From NCBI GenBank assembly GCA_017991615.1, contig JAGOQF010000002.1, positions 50,750 to 114,749 of the forward strand: a stretch of 64,000 nucleotides of DNA. Direction: 5' to 3'. Positions 37,561 through 46,338 of the stretch are shown here, in pieces. Source of the DNA: Candidatus Shapirobacteria bacterium. Its GTDB lineage: Bacteria; Patescibacteriota; Microgenomatia; UBA12405. A model generated the notes under the pieces. That model was not told the DNA's origin, searched no databases, and was given only the letters and a program-made list of their open reading frames with translations. A program made the translations under genes and the position numbers. Each line of letters starts with the position of its first letter. The first letter of the stretch is position 1.

Positions 37561-38796
37561 GTGAAAGAAGGTTTGGAAAAAATTAGTAAAATAATTCTGT
37601 TTTGGTTGTTGTTGTTGATACCAACTCAGTTGGGTAAGCATTTTTGGTTTGATTGGAGCTTGGTTTGGGGAATGAGAGTGGATTATTTTTCACCGACGGT
37701 TTATGTGATAGATATTTTGTTTTTAGGATTGTTTTTGATTGAAATATATCGACAAGGAGTAGATTGGAAATCAATAAAAAAGAATTGGTGGATAGTAGGG
37801 TTGGTAGTAGTTAATTTGTTGATAGCCAGTAATAGATGGGTGGCAGGGTATCGATGGTTGAGGTGGGGTCAATTGATGTGGTTTGGAGGGTATGTAATTA
37901 AAAATAAAAGGTGGGTAGAAATTTATTTGGGAAAGGTGATCCCCTACTGGTTGATAGTGGAGGGTTTTTTGGTGTTGGCGCAAATTGCCAAAGGGGGAAG
38001 TTTGAATGGAATATGGTGGTGGCTGGGTGAAAGAAAATTTGATTTTAGTACTATTGGGGTGGCACAAATGTCGGTGGCCAATGTGGGATTGGTGCGAGGA
38101 TATGGAACTTTTTCTCATCCGAACAGTTTGGCAGGGTTTTTGTTGGTGAGTTTATTGTGGTGGTTGAAATATTATCGACAGTTATTTTTAATAAGTTGGG
38201 GAAAATTGAAATGGTGGATAGTGTTTTGGTCGGGGTTGATGGGGATATTATTGTCAGGAAGTCGGACAATTTGGTTACTGACTTTGGTGGCGATATTGAT
38301 GTGGTGGAGATTTAATTATCGTAATAGTAAAGAAAGAATAGTTTTTTGGTTGTTGGTGGGAGTGGGATTATTTTTAGGATTAGAAATGATTGATTTTAAT
38401 TATCCGTTGGCAAATTTTTTGTCAGGGTGGGATGAAAACGGAATGATTAAAAGAGGTCAATTAAATTTGGCGGCAGTGGAGATGATTAAGAGTTCACCAT
38501 GGTTTGGGGTGGGTTTGGGTAATTTTTTGGTAAAATTGCCTCAATTTCAGAAAAATAATCAGATTTTTTGGTTTCAACCGGTTCATAATGTGATACTACT
38601 GTTGGTATCAGAAACGGGATTGTTGGGATTGGTGGCAGTAATTTGGGGATTAAGAAAAAAAATAGATTGGCAAAATTGGAGCAAATTAACATGGTTAATA
38701 TTGGGAGTGATATTTATTAGTGGAATGGTAGATCATTATTGGTTGACTTTACCTCAAAATATGTGGTTGTTGACGTTGGTGATAGCGTTAATTTAG
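37561..38796 (+). CDS. O-antigen ligase/polymerase-like (Wzy_C) polytopic membrane protein
   Basis: 411 aa (GTG start) with many TM helices. The loop with SGSRT resembles the Wzy_C/O-antigen ligase family. Confidence 0.5.
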   Translation: MKEGLEKISKIILFWLLLLIPTQLGKHFWFDWSLVWGMRVDYFSPTVYVIDILFLGLFLIEIYRQGVDWKSIKKNWWIVGLVVVNLLIASNRWVAGYRWLRWGQLMWFGGYVIKNKRWVEIYLGKVIPYWLIVEGFLVLAQIAKGGSLNGIWWWLGERKFDFSTIGVAQMSVANVGLVRGYGTFSHPNSLAGFLLVSLLWWLKYYRQLFLISWGKLKWWIVFWSGLMGILLSGSRTIWLLTLVAILMWWRFNYRNSKERIVFWLLVGVGLFLGLEMIDFNYPLANFLSGWDENGMIKRGQLNLAAVEMIKSSPWFGVGLGNFLVKLPQFQKNNQIFWFQPVHNVILLLVSETGLLGLVAVIWGLRKKIDWQNWSKLTWLILGVIFISGMVDHYWLTLPQNMWLLTLVIALI

Positions 38797-38818
38797 TCTA
38801 GGGTGAGATAATAGATTT

Positions 38819-40033
38819 ATGTTAAAAGGACCAATAGTTAATACCGGGTTTCAAATATTGGGTAAAGTGGTGACAGTGGGATTGAGTTTGGTGACAACGG
38901 CGGTGTTGACCAGAAAATTAGGTTCGAGTGCTTATGGAAATTATTTGTTAATTACTTCGGTATGGTTACTTTTGGACGCGGTGGCTGATTTTGGTAGTCG
39001 AGTAATAGGGGTTAGAGAAGCGGCAATAGAGACGGGAGAAAAGAAGAATTGGGTGTATATTCAGATAGCTTGGTTTAGATTGATGGCGGCATTGGTGGGT
39101 TTGATAATTGGTTTGGGAATAATTTGGTGGTGGCCGGGATTTGATGGAATTGAAATAGAAGCATTGGTAGCGTTATTAATGATCGGATTGACGTCGATAG
39201 CGGGAAGTTTGGAAATTATTTTTCAAACAGAGATGAAAATGGGTCGGAAAGTATGGATGGACATTTTATTTCCGTTATTATTTACAGTGGTATTATTGAC
39301 GACTGAGGAGATAAATTTATTATGGGTTTGCAGTATGTATTTGATGGCGAGAGTGGTGAGTTTGGGGATTGGTTTTGGTTTGGTTGGAAAAATAGTTGGA
39401 AAAATAAAATTATACCAACCGAATATAAAATACTTGGGTAAATTTATAAAATTAACCTGGCCGATGGGATTGTATATGATATTGTTTTCGGGTTACGATC
39501 GGGCAGTAGATTCAGCATTGATTAAAGGTTTAATTGGAGCTGGAGATTTGGCATTTTACGGTTTGGCCTACAAAATTTATGGGAATTTAGTTCAGCCAGC
39601 ATATTTTTTGGTTAATAGTGTTTTTCCATTGATGTCGAGAAAAAATGGGGATAAAAAGAGCTTGTTTTGGCAAACAGCTGGATTGATGTTGATGGGAGCG
39701 GTGGTGGTAGGAGTAGTGACCTATGGATTGGCACCGTGGATGATAAAAGTTTTGGGAGGAGAAGGTTATGAACCAGCAATAAGAGTGTTGAGAATTTTGA
39801 TATTGGCGATGGTGGCATCATATATGGGACATTTGGTGGGTTTTACTTTGATTGCTAGGGGTGGGCAGAAACAAATGTTGATGATAGGAATATTGTCATT
39901 AGTAATAAATATTGTGGGTAATTTAATATTTATACCAAGGTTAGGGATAAATGGAGCGGCTTGGGTGACGGTGGCAACAGAAACGGTGGCAAGTTTATTG
40001 ATGATAGGATTTTTGAAAAGAGATTTGAGATAG
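38819..40033 (+). CDS. Polysaccharide/oligosaccharide flippase (Wzx/MOP superfamily)
   Basis: 404 aa with about 12 TM helices. The N-terminus is typical of the Wzx family. Confidence 0.55.
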   Translation: MLKGPIVNTGFQILGKVVTVGLSLVTTAVLTRKLGSSAYGNYLLITSVWLLLDAVADFGSRVIGVREAAIETGEKKNWVYIQIAWFRLMAALVGLIIGLGIIWWWPGFDGIEIEALVALLMIGLTSIAGSLEIIFQTEMKMGRKVWMDILFPLLFTVVLLTTEEINLLWVCSMYLMARVVSLGIGFGLVGKIVGKIKLYQPNIKYLGKFIKLTWPMGLYMILFSGYDRAVDSALIKGLIGAGDLAFYGLAYKIYGNLVQPAYFLVNSVFPLMSRKNGDKKSLFWQTAGLMLMGAVVVGVVTYGLAPWMIKVLGGEGYEPAIRVLRILILAMVASYMGHLVGFTLIARGGQKQMLMIGILSLVINIVGNLIFIPRLGINGAAWVTVATETVASLLMIGFLKRDLR

Positions 40034-40355
40034 GTTTTTGATATATTTTTAGGTTTTAAATCAGAACAGATTTTTAGTAATTTTTGGCGGTTAAAAACAG
40101 TTATCAGAACAAATTTTTAGGAATAAATAAAAAATATTAGCTTGGAAATTTGAGTAAAAACTTTTTTATTGGATAAAAATTACAGTAAAAACCTATTTAT
40201 AAGTTATGACATTTTTTCACGTTTTGACCACTGAGTTTGATATAGTCAGAACTGATTTGTGAAATAATTACCGTAAAATAACCGAAAATAAACCGCAGCT
40301 ACTAGGATGTTTAGTTAAGGTCGTAGATTGAATAAATTTAGTTTAAAATTGATAT
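40034..40355. promoter_or_regulatory. Intergenic region with three about 16-bp direct repeats (tcagaacaGatttttag variants)
   Basis: Copies at about 40062, 40104 and 40246, read directly. Upstream of the DUF4012 giant gene. Confidence 0.35.
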
Positions 40356-43301
40356 ATGGGTGTGGGATTGCCATCAGCATTAATAATAGGAATTGATCAT
40401 TTTGTAGCTAAGAAATTAGCTAAAGAATTAGTGAATAAAGATATTCAAGTGACTGGAGTGGGGCAATTAACTTTGGGTTTTGAGGAAGTAAAAAATTTTG
40501 AATGGAAGGAAAATATAGAAGAAGTGACAGGGGAGTTTAATTATGTGTTTGATTTTGAAGGGGATAAACAAATATGGCAAAGACTGACAGCAGATAAATT
40601 TACGTTAATATCGGTTAATAATGAGGTAAGAAGTAATTATCTAGCTAGAGAAGTGACGGGTTGGGAGGCTGATTGGCGGGTGGTGGATGCTAAAGAAGTT
40701 TATGGGGAAGGGATGGAAGAAAATAGTTTATTGGGAAAAACGTTGATGAGGGCAGTGTTAAACAAAAATTTGGAATTACCAAGTCCAGAGACGAAAATTA
40801 GATTATTGGCAGTAAATGACTTGGTGGAAGCAATTTTAAGAGCTTGTTTTTTGTCAGGGACGGAGAGGGAGTATTTTTTGGTGCTGGGGAAAGAAATTAG
40901 GGTTGAGGAAATGGCAAAAATTTTGATGGATAAGGCGAAAATGACCAGATTTAAAGTAATGGAGACAGGGGTAAAAATTGATCAAGGAAATGAAAAGTTG
41001 GCGGAAGTTAGTGAATCTCAACTAAGATGGCGGGCAGAAATTCCTTTTGAAAAAGGAATAGTGACGACGTTGCAGTATTTCTTTTCTAAGGCGGATGAAG
41101 AAAATCGGCGGGGTAAAAAAACTAAACCAATACCTCAGAAATCGGTAAAAGAAGTTAGACGACGACCGTTTGCGGTGGTGGTGGAGGAGAAAGAGACGGA
41201 AGTGGAAGAAGAAGTAGTGCCGGAGATATTAAAGGAAGATAATAGTAAGATATTAGAGACAAAAGTGACAGTATTTAAAGAGGAGGAGGAAGAGGAATTT
41301 GAGATTCCAAGATTAATTGAGAATAAACAGAAACAGATAGATGAAGTTAAAGAGGATGAGACTTATATTGAAGAGGAGAGTGAAGATTTAGTGAGAATGG
41401 AGACGAAAGAAGTGAATATAAAGGAAGAAGGACAAGATAAACTTAAAGTAAGAAATAAAAAGGTGGGTCGATGGTGGTGGTTGGTAGTGGTAATTTTGGG
41501 ATTATTGATTTTAGTCTGGCCAATAAAACAGTTGTGGATAGTTCGGTCAACAATTGGAGTGATTACTAAAGCACCAGAGTTGATTAGAAATAAAAAATAT
41601 AACCAAGTGGAGGTGGTGGCAGACACAAAAATAAAGGAATTATCGGCGATTGATGAGAAAATAAATGAGTGGGGGTTAAATAGTTTGGAAATGGTGAGAA
41701 ATTATCAAACGGGGATAAGAGTATTAATAGATTTTTTAACAACAGAAAAACAGTCTTTGAATTTAATTAGGACTATGGATGAGATGAGTGAAGCGGTGTT
41801 TGGTGAGAGGGAAATTAATTGGGAAGATCAATTGATAGCCATAGATAGTGGTTTGTTGGAGACGGAAAATAATTTGGGAATTTTGCAAGCAAGATTGTCA
41901 GGTGGGTCGGGGTGGATACCTCGGAAATGGCGAGGGATAATTCAAGAGGGTTTAAAAACAGTTGAGGAGTTAAAAAAGCAATTGAGTTTAGGGAGGGAAG
42001 TGATAAAAATAGCGCCAGAGATGTTGGGTTTGGATGGAAGAAAACGGGAGTATATGGTGTTATTTCAGAATGAATCGGAAATCAGGCCGACAGGGGGATT
42101 TATTGGCAATTATGGGTTGATTAGTTTTCAAAAAGGCAAGTTGATTGGATTTGAAGTTAAAGATATTTATGAAGCAGATGGTCAGCTTAAGGGCCATGTG
42201 GAACCACCTTGGGAGATTAAGACTTATTTAGGGGAAGCTAATTGGTATATGAGAGATGCTAACTGGAACCCTGATTTTGTGAAGACGAGTGCTGATATTC
42301 AGTGGTTTTTGGAAAAAACGACTCAGAAAAAAGTAGATGGAGTGATTGGAATTGATTTGGCGGTAGTAAGATCGATGTTAAAAGTGACTGGACCAGTAAA
42401 GGTGACTGATTTTAAGGAAACAATTGATGAAAATAATTTGTATGAGCAAGCAGAATTTTATGCCGAGACAAAATTTTTTCCGGGTTCGGGACAAAAAGCA
42501 AGTTTTTTGGGAACTTTAGGGAAACAGTTGTTTGAGGAAATTAAGCTGTTGAACACAGAAAAGAAAATGAAGCTTTATCAGGGGTTGATGGAAATGTTGG
42601 AGAGTAATGAGATGCAAATGGCAATAAATAATACAGAAACAGCTAAGGTTATAAATGAGTTGGGTTGGGATGGAAAAATTTATAATGGTAAGTGTGTTGG
42701 AGAAGGTTGTATAACGGATTATTGGTATGTGGTGGAGGCTAATGTAGGGGTTAATAAGGCTAATTATTTTTTGAGAAAAAATATTGAGGAAGGAGTAGAG
42801 TTTGGTGGGGAATCGCTTAATCGGGTAATAAAGATAAATTATGAAAATACAGCCAAAAATACAAATTGGCCGGGAGGGGATTATAAAAATTATTTAAGAA
42901 TTTATTTGCCGAAAGAAGTGGTATTGTCACAGGTTAGTGTGGCTGACGGTCATGATACGACAATTAAAAAAGTTTACAACAGTGAAGAAATCAGGATTAG
43001 GGAAGTTGATGGGAAGAAAGAGGTTGGTTTTTTGGTGATGGTACCGGTGACTAAAAAGCGGATAGTGGAAATAAAATATAGCAGTAAAATTAGTTTAGGG
43101 GATAAAAAAGAGTTTACTTATATGAAATATATTCAGAAACAACCAGGGACAGGCGAAACAGGGCTGGTGAGTTTGGTGTCGTTTGGAGAGGAGTGGCAAC
43201 CGATACAAGTAGAGCCGGTGGCGAGCTTGGTGGGAGGAAAATTGTTGTTTAATCAAAAGTTGAATCGAGATATAAAGATGGGAGTGGTGCTGGGGAGGTG
43301 A
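40356..43301 (+). CDS. Large DUF4012-like protein with N-terminal Rossmann-like region and acidic low-complexity linker
   Basis: 981 aa. The central TM VLFQNESEIRPTGGFIGNYGLI matches the DUF4012 hallmark (xxRPTGGxxGS), common in cell-envelope polysaccharide loci. Confidence 0.5.
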   Translation: MGVGLPSALIIGIDHFVAKKLAKELVNKDIQVTGVGQLTLGFEEVKNFEWKENIEEVTGEFNYVFDFEGDKQIWQRLTADKFTLISVNNEVRSNYLAREVTGWEADWRVVDAKEVYGEGMEENSLLGKTLMRAVLNKNLELPSPETKIRLLAVNDLVEAILRACFLSGTEREYFLVLGKEIRVEEMAKILMDKAKMTRFKVMETGVKIDQGNEKLAEVSESQLRWRAEIPFEKGIVTTLQYFFSKADEENRRGKKTKPIPQKSVKEVRRRPFAVVVEEKETEVEEEVVPEILKEDNSKILETKVTVFKEEEEEEFEIPRLIENKQKQIDEVKEDETYIEEESEDLVRMETKEVNIKEEGQDKLKVRNKKVGRWWWLVVVILGLLILVWPIKQLWIVRSTIGVITKAPELIRNKKYNQVEVVADTKIKELSAIDEKINEWGLNSLEMVRNYQTGIRVLIDFLTTEKQSLNLIRTMDEMSEAVFGEREINWEDQLIAIDSGLLETENNLGILQARLSGGSGWIPRKWRGIIQEGLKTVEELKKQLSLGREVIKIAPEMLGLDGRKREYMVLFQNESEIRPTGGFIGNYGLISFQKGKLIGFEVKDIYEADGQLKGHVEPPWEIKTYLGEANWYMRDANWNPDFVKTSADIQWFLEKTTQKKVDGVIGIDLAVVRSMLKVTGPVKVTDFKETIDENNLYEQAEFYAETKFFPGSGQKASFLGTLGKQLFEEIKLLNTEKKMKLYQGLMEMLESNEMQMAINNTETAKVINELGWDGKIYNGKCVGEGCITDYWYVVEANVGVNKANYFLRKNIEEGVEFGGESLNRVIKINYENTAKNTNWPGGDYKNYLRIYLPKEVVLSQVSVADGHDTTIKKVYNSEEIRIREVDGKKEVGFLVMVPVTKKRIVEIKYSSKISLGDKKEFTYMKYIQKQPGTGETGLVSLVSFGEEWQPIQVEPVASLVGGKLLFNQKLNRDIKMGVVLGR

Positions 43302-43590
43302 GTTTATCAAGTTGAAAGTTTGTCAAGTTTGTCAAGTTCATCAAGTTGTAAGTTTATTTTAGCTTGACAACATTTTTGTCGTCCTCGCACCTTCGTAAAA
43401 TCCACTCAGCGGCTTGCGGGCGAAAAAACATTGTCGGCGCTAAAATTAGATGTTAGATTTCAGATCTCAGGAAAACATTAAAAAAAGATTCAAGATTCAT
43501 GATTTAAGAATCAAGAATAAAACAAATCAAGATTAAGTTTTATAAACAGGATAAATTGATATAGAAATAAGAGAATATGTTAAATTAGGA
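43302..43590. repeat. Composite intergenic repeat locus
   Basis: GTTnnTCAA 9-mers, TIR element copy 2 (43357-43445), and agatttcag/aagattcaag repeats. Confidence 0.75.
43357..43445. mobile_element. About 89-bp TIR element, copy 2
   Basis: Same termini as copy 1. The central 11 nt differ (gtaaaatccac versus gccagaaggcc). Confidence 0.5.
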
Positions 43591-43594
43591 GAAG

Positions 43595-43882
43595 ATGAAA
43601 AAAGTGATGGAAAATTTTAAATGCGAGGTGTGTGGGGCGGAAGTTGAAGGAGACGGGACAACGGATCATTGTCCAAAATGTTTGTGGGGTAAACATGTAG
43701 ATGAAGAGGTTCCTGGTGATAGGGCGAGTATGTGCAAAGGGTTAATGAAACCGATTAGAAGTGAATATAGAAATGGCCAGTTTAGGATTTATTACAAGTG
43801 TCAGAGTTGTAACCATGATTTTTGGGTGAGAGAGGGAGAGGAAGATAATCGGGAAATGTTGGTGGAACTAACTAAATACTAG
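43595..43882 (+). CDS. Small zinc-ribbon protein (hypothetical)
   Basis: 95 aa. Four CxxC pairs (CEVCG...CPKC...CQSCNH). Confidence 0.4.
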   Translation: MKKVMENFKCEVCGAEVEGDGTTDHCPKCLWGKHVDEEVPGDRASMCKGLMKPIRSEYRNGQFRIYYKCQSCNHDFWVREGEEDNREMLVELTKY

Positions 43883-44022
43883 TTTCAATTTCATTCCCGA
43901 TATCGACTGTCGTCTCATCGGGATTGGATTTTAAGGCAAAATTATGTCATTTCATTCCAAATTTTGACCTAAAAATCTCAAAAAGATTCAAGATTTATGA
44001 TTTAAGATTTAAGAATAGGATA

Positions 44023-44316
44023 TTACTTTATTTTTGTGAAACGGGGAACCATTTCACCATTAATTTCTGCAGGGGTTAACCAACCATCTTTGCTTTCTAA
44101 GGAACGAATCCAGATGATATGTTCTGGGTGATTCAATTCTTCATATATTACAACGATAGATTCATTGTCTTCTCTAATACCTAAATCTTTGACTAAATAT
44201 TGACCCCCAGTTTTAGTGTGCTGATATTTAGCACCGACTTCGACTAATTGAGTTGCTTGAGTTAGTTTTTGTTGTAGAGTTTTTCTTTCGGTATGAGCCA
44301 CATTTGATTTTATCAC
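44023..44316 (-). CDS. DUF1653-like small protein
   Basis: 97 aa. YQHTKTGGQYLV...VVIYEE...WIRSLE...PRF pattern matches DUF1653. Confidence 0.45.
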   Translation of the reverse strand: MIKSNVAHTERKTLQQKLTQATQLVEVGAKYQHTKTGGQYLVKDLGIREDNESIVVIYEELNHPEHIIWIRSLESKDGWLTPAEINGEMVPRFTKIK

Positions 44317-44398
44317 CTAATATAGTTGCGGAGTAAATGAGGAGATTGTGCGGTAATTTGAGAGGAGAGGTGTAATAGAGAGATGATATAATCAAAGG

Positions 44399-46321
44399 AT
44401 GAAAATAAGTGAAATGTGGACTAAAAAAAGGAAACCAGATGAGAAGAAGGAACTGGATAAAAAGAATAAAATTGATGAGGAAATATTTAAGAATTTGCCG
44501 CCAGGGGTGAAGATAAAGAAAATAGAAATAGGTCCTAAAAATATAATTAAATGGTTGATTTATATATTTTTGTTTTTGGGATTAATGTCTTTTTTGGGAG
44601 AAGTAATAATGGGATCGACGGTTGATCAGGTGTCGATGTCGGAGTTTATCGATAAAGTGAAAAAAGATGAGGTTAAAAAGGTGATGGTGTCGGATAATGA
44701 GATTGTAGCTGAGTTGAATGACGAACAAAAAAAGTTATTAGTGACTTCAAAAGAGCCAAATATTTCTTTAACAGAGATATTGCAAAAAGAAGGAGTAGAT
44801 TTGGCGAGTGTAGATTTGGAAGTTAATAATCGTCAGGGGTGGAAAATGATAGGAGAAATATTGGGATTAGTGTTGAGTGTAGGAGTACCGATTTTGTTTA
44901 TCATTTGGATTTTGAAAAGGCAAAGTGGTGGTGGGGCTGGGGGGATGTTTGGGTTCGGTAAGTCGACAGCCAAATTGTTTGTCAAAGGTAAACAAAGTGT
45001 GACGTTTAAAGATGTGGCTGGAGTTAAAGAAGCTAAAGATGATTTGATGGAAGTGGTAGATTTTTTGAAACATCCAGAAAAATATCGAAAAATGGGGGCC
45101 AGAGCGCCGAAAGGTGTTTTGTTGGTGGGGCCAAGCGGGGTAGGAAAAACATTGTTGGCTAAGGCAGTGGCAGGGGAGGCGAATGTACCGTTTTATTCAA
45201 TGGCAGGGAGTGAATTTATGGAGATGTTGGTAGGAGTGGGAGCTTCAAGAGTCAGAGATTTGTTTGGGACGGCTAAAAAAGCCGGTAAGGCGATTATTTT
45301 TATTGATGAAATTGATGCGATTGGACGGATGAGAGGAGGAATTGATGGTGGTCACGGGGAAAGGGAACAAACTTTGAATCAAATTTTGGTAGAAATGGAT
45401 GGATTTGAAGCAAATACGGCGGTGGTAGTGTTGGCGGCGACCAATAGGGGTGATTTGTTGGATCCGGCATTGTTGAGACCAGGAAGGTTTGATCGAAGAG
45501 TGGTGTTAGAGATGCCTGATTTGGAAGCCAGGAGGGATATTTTAGCGATTCATGCTAAAGGGAAACCATTTGAGGAAGAAGTAAATTGGGAGTCAGTGGC
45601 GAAAGGTACAGTAGGGTTTTCGGGGGCGGATTTGGAAAATATGTTGAATGAAGCAGCGATTGCGGCGGCTAGAGCCAATAAAGAAAAAATTAGTCGAGCG
45701 GATATTGATGAGGCGGGATTGAAGGTAAAACTGGGGTCAGAAAAGAAAAGAAATCAGAGCGAGGAGGATAAATTGATGACGGCTTATCATGAGGCAGGAC
45801 ACGCAATTGTAAATTTTGTAGAAGAGTTGGATCCGGTATCAAAGATATCGATTGTGTCTCGGGGAATGGCATTGGGGTTTACCTTGGTGCCGCCACAAAA
45901 AGATGTGATTCATAAGACAAAGGGAAAATTGATTAAACAAATGGCGATGGCGATGGGGGGTCGAGCGGCGGAGGAGATTGTGTTTGGGGATATCACCACT
46001 GGAGCGGCATCAGATATTTCTCATGTAACTAATATAGCCAGAAATATGGTGGTGGAGTGGGGAATGAGTGATTTGGGGCCGGTGAATTTGGGGCCACAAA
46101 TTGATATTAACGATTTTGGACGAGCTTATATGGAACCAAGTAAGGTGTCGGATAAAATGCAGGCATTGGTAGATGAGGAGATTAGGAAATTGGTGGCAAA
46201 AGCCTATGATGAGGCTAAAAAAGTGTTGGTAAAAAATAGAAAAAAGCTAGATAAAGTAGCAAAAGTATTGGTGGAAAAGGAAAGTTTGGGACAGGAAGAG
46301 TTTGAGGAGTTGATGAAGTAG
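44399..46321 (+). CDS. ftsH: ATP-dependent zinc metalloprotease FtsH
   Basis: 640 aa. N-terminal TM pair, AAA Walker A GPSGVGKT, SRH, and zinc motif HEAGHAIV. Confidence 0.85.
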   Translation: MKISEMWTKKRKPDEKKELDKKNKIDEEIFKNLPPGVKIKKIEIGPKNIIKWLIYIFLFLGLMSFLGEVIMGSTVDQVSMSEFIDKVKKDEVKKVMVSDNEIVAELNDEQKKLLVTSKEPNISLTEILQKEGVDLASVDLEVNNRQGWKMIGEILGLVLSVGVPILFIIWILKRQSGGGAGGMFGFGKSTAKLFVKGKQSVTFKDVAGVKEAKDDLMEVVDFLKHPEKYRKMGARAPKGVLLVGPSGVGKTLLAKAVAGEANVPFYSMAGSEFMEMLVGVGASRVRDLFGTAKKAGKAIIFIDEIDAIGRMRGGIDGGHGEREQTLNQILVEMDGFEANTAVVVLAATNRGDLLDPALLRPGRFDRRVVLEMPDLEARRDILAIHAKGKPFEEEVNWESVAKGTVGFSGADLENMLNEAAIAAARANKEKISRADIDEAGLKVKLGSEKKRNQSEEDKLMTAYHEAGHAIVNFVEELDPVSKISIVSRGMALGFTLVPPQKDVIHKTKGKLIKQMAMAMGGRAAEEIVFGDITTGAASDISHVTNIARNMVVEWGMSDLGPVNLGPQIDINDFGRAYMEPSKVSDKMQALVDEEIRKLVAKAYDEAKKVLVKNRKKLDKVAKVLVEKESLGQEEFEELMK

Positions 46322-46338
46322 ATAACTATCAAGGTTAG

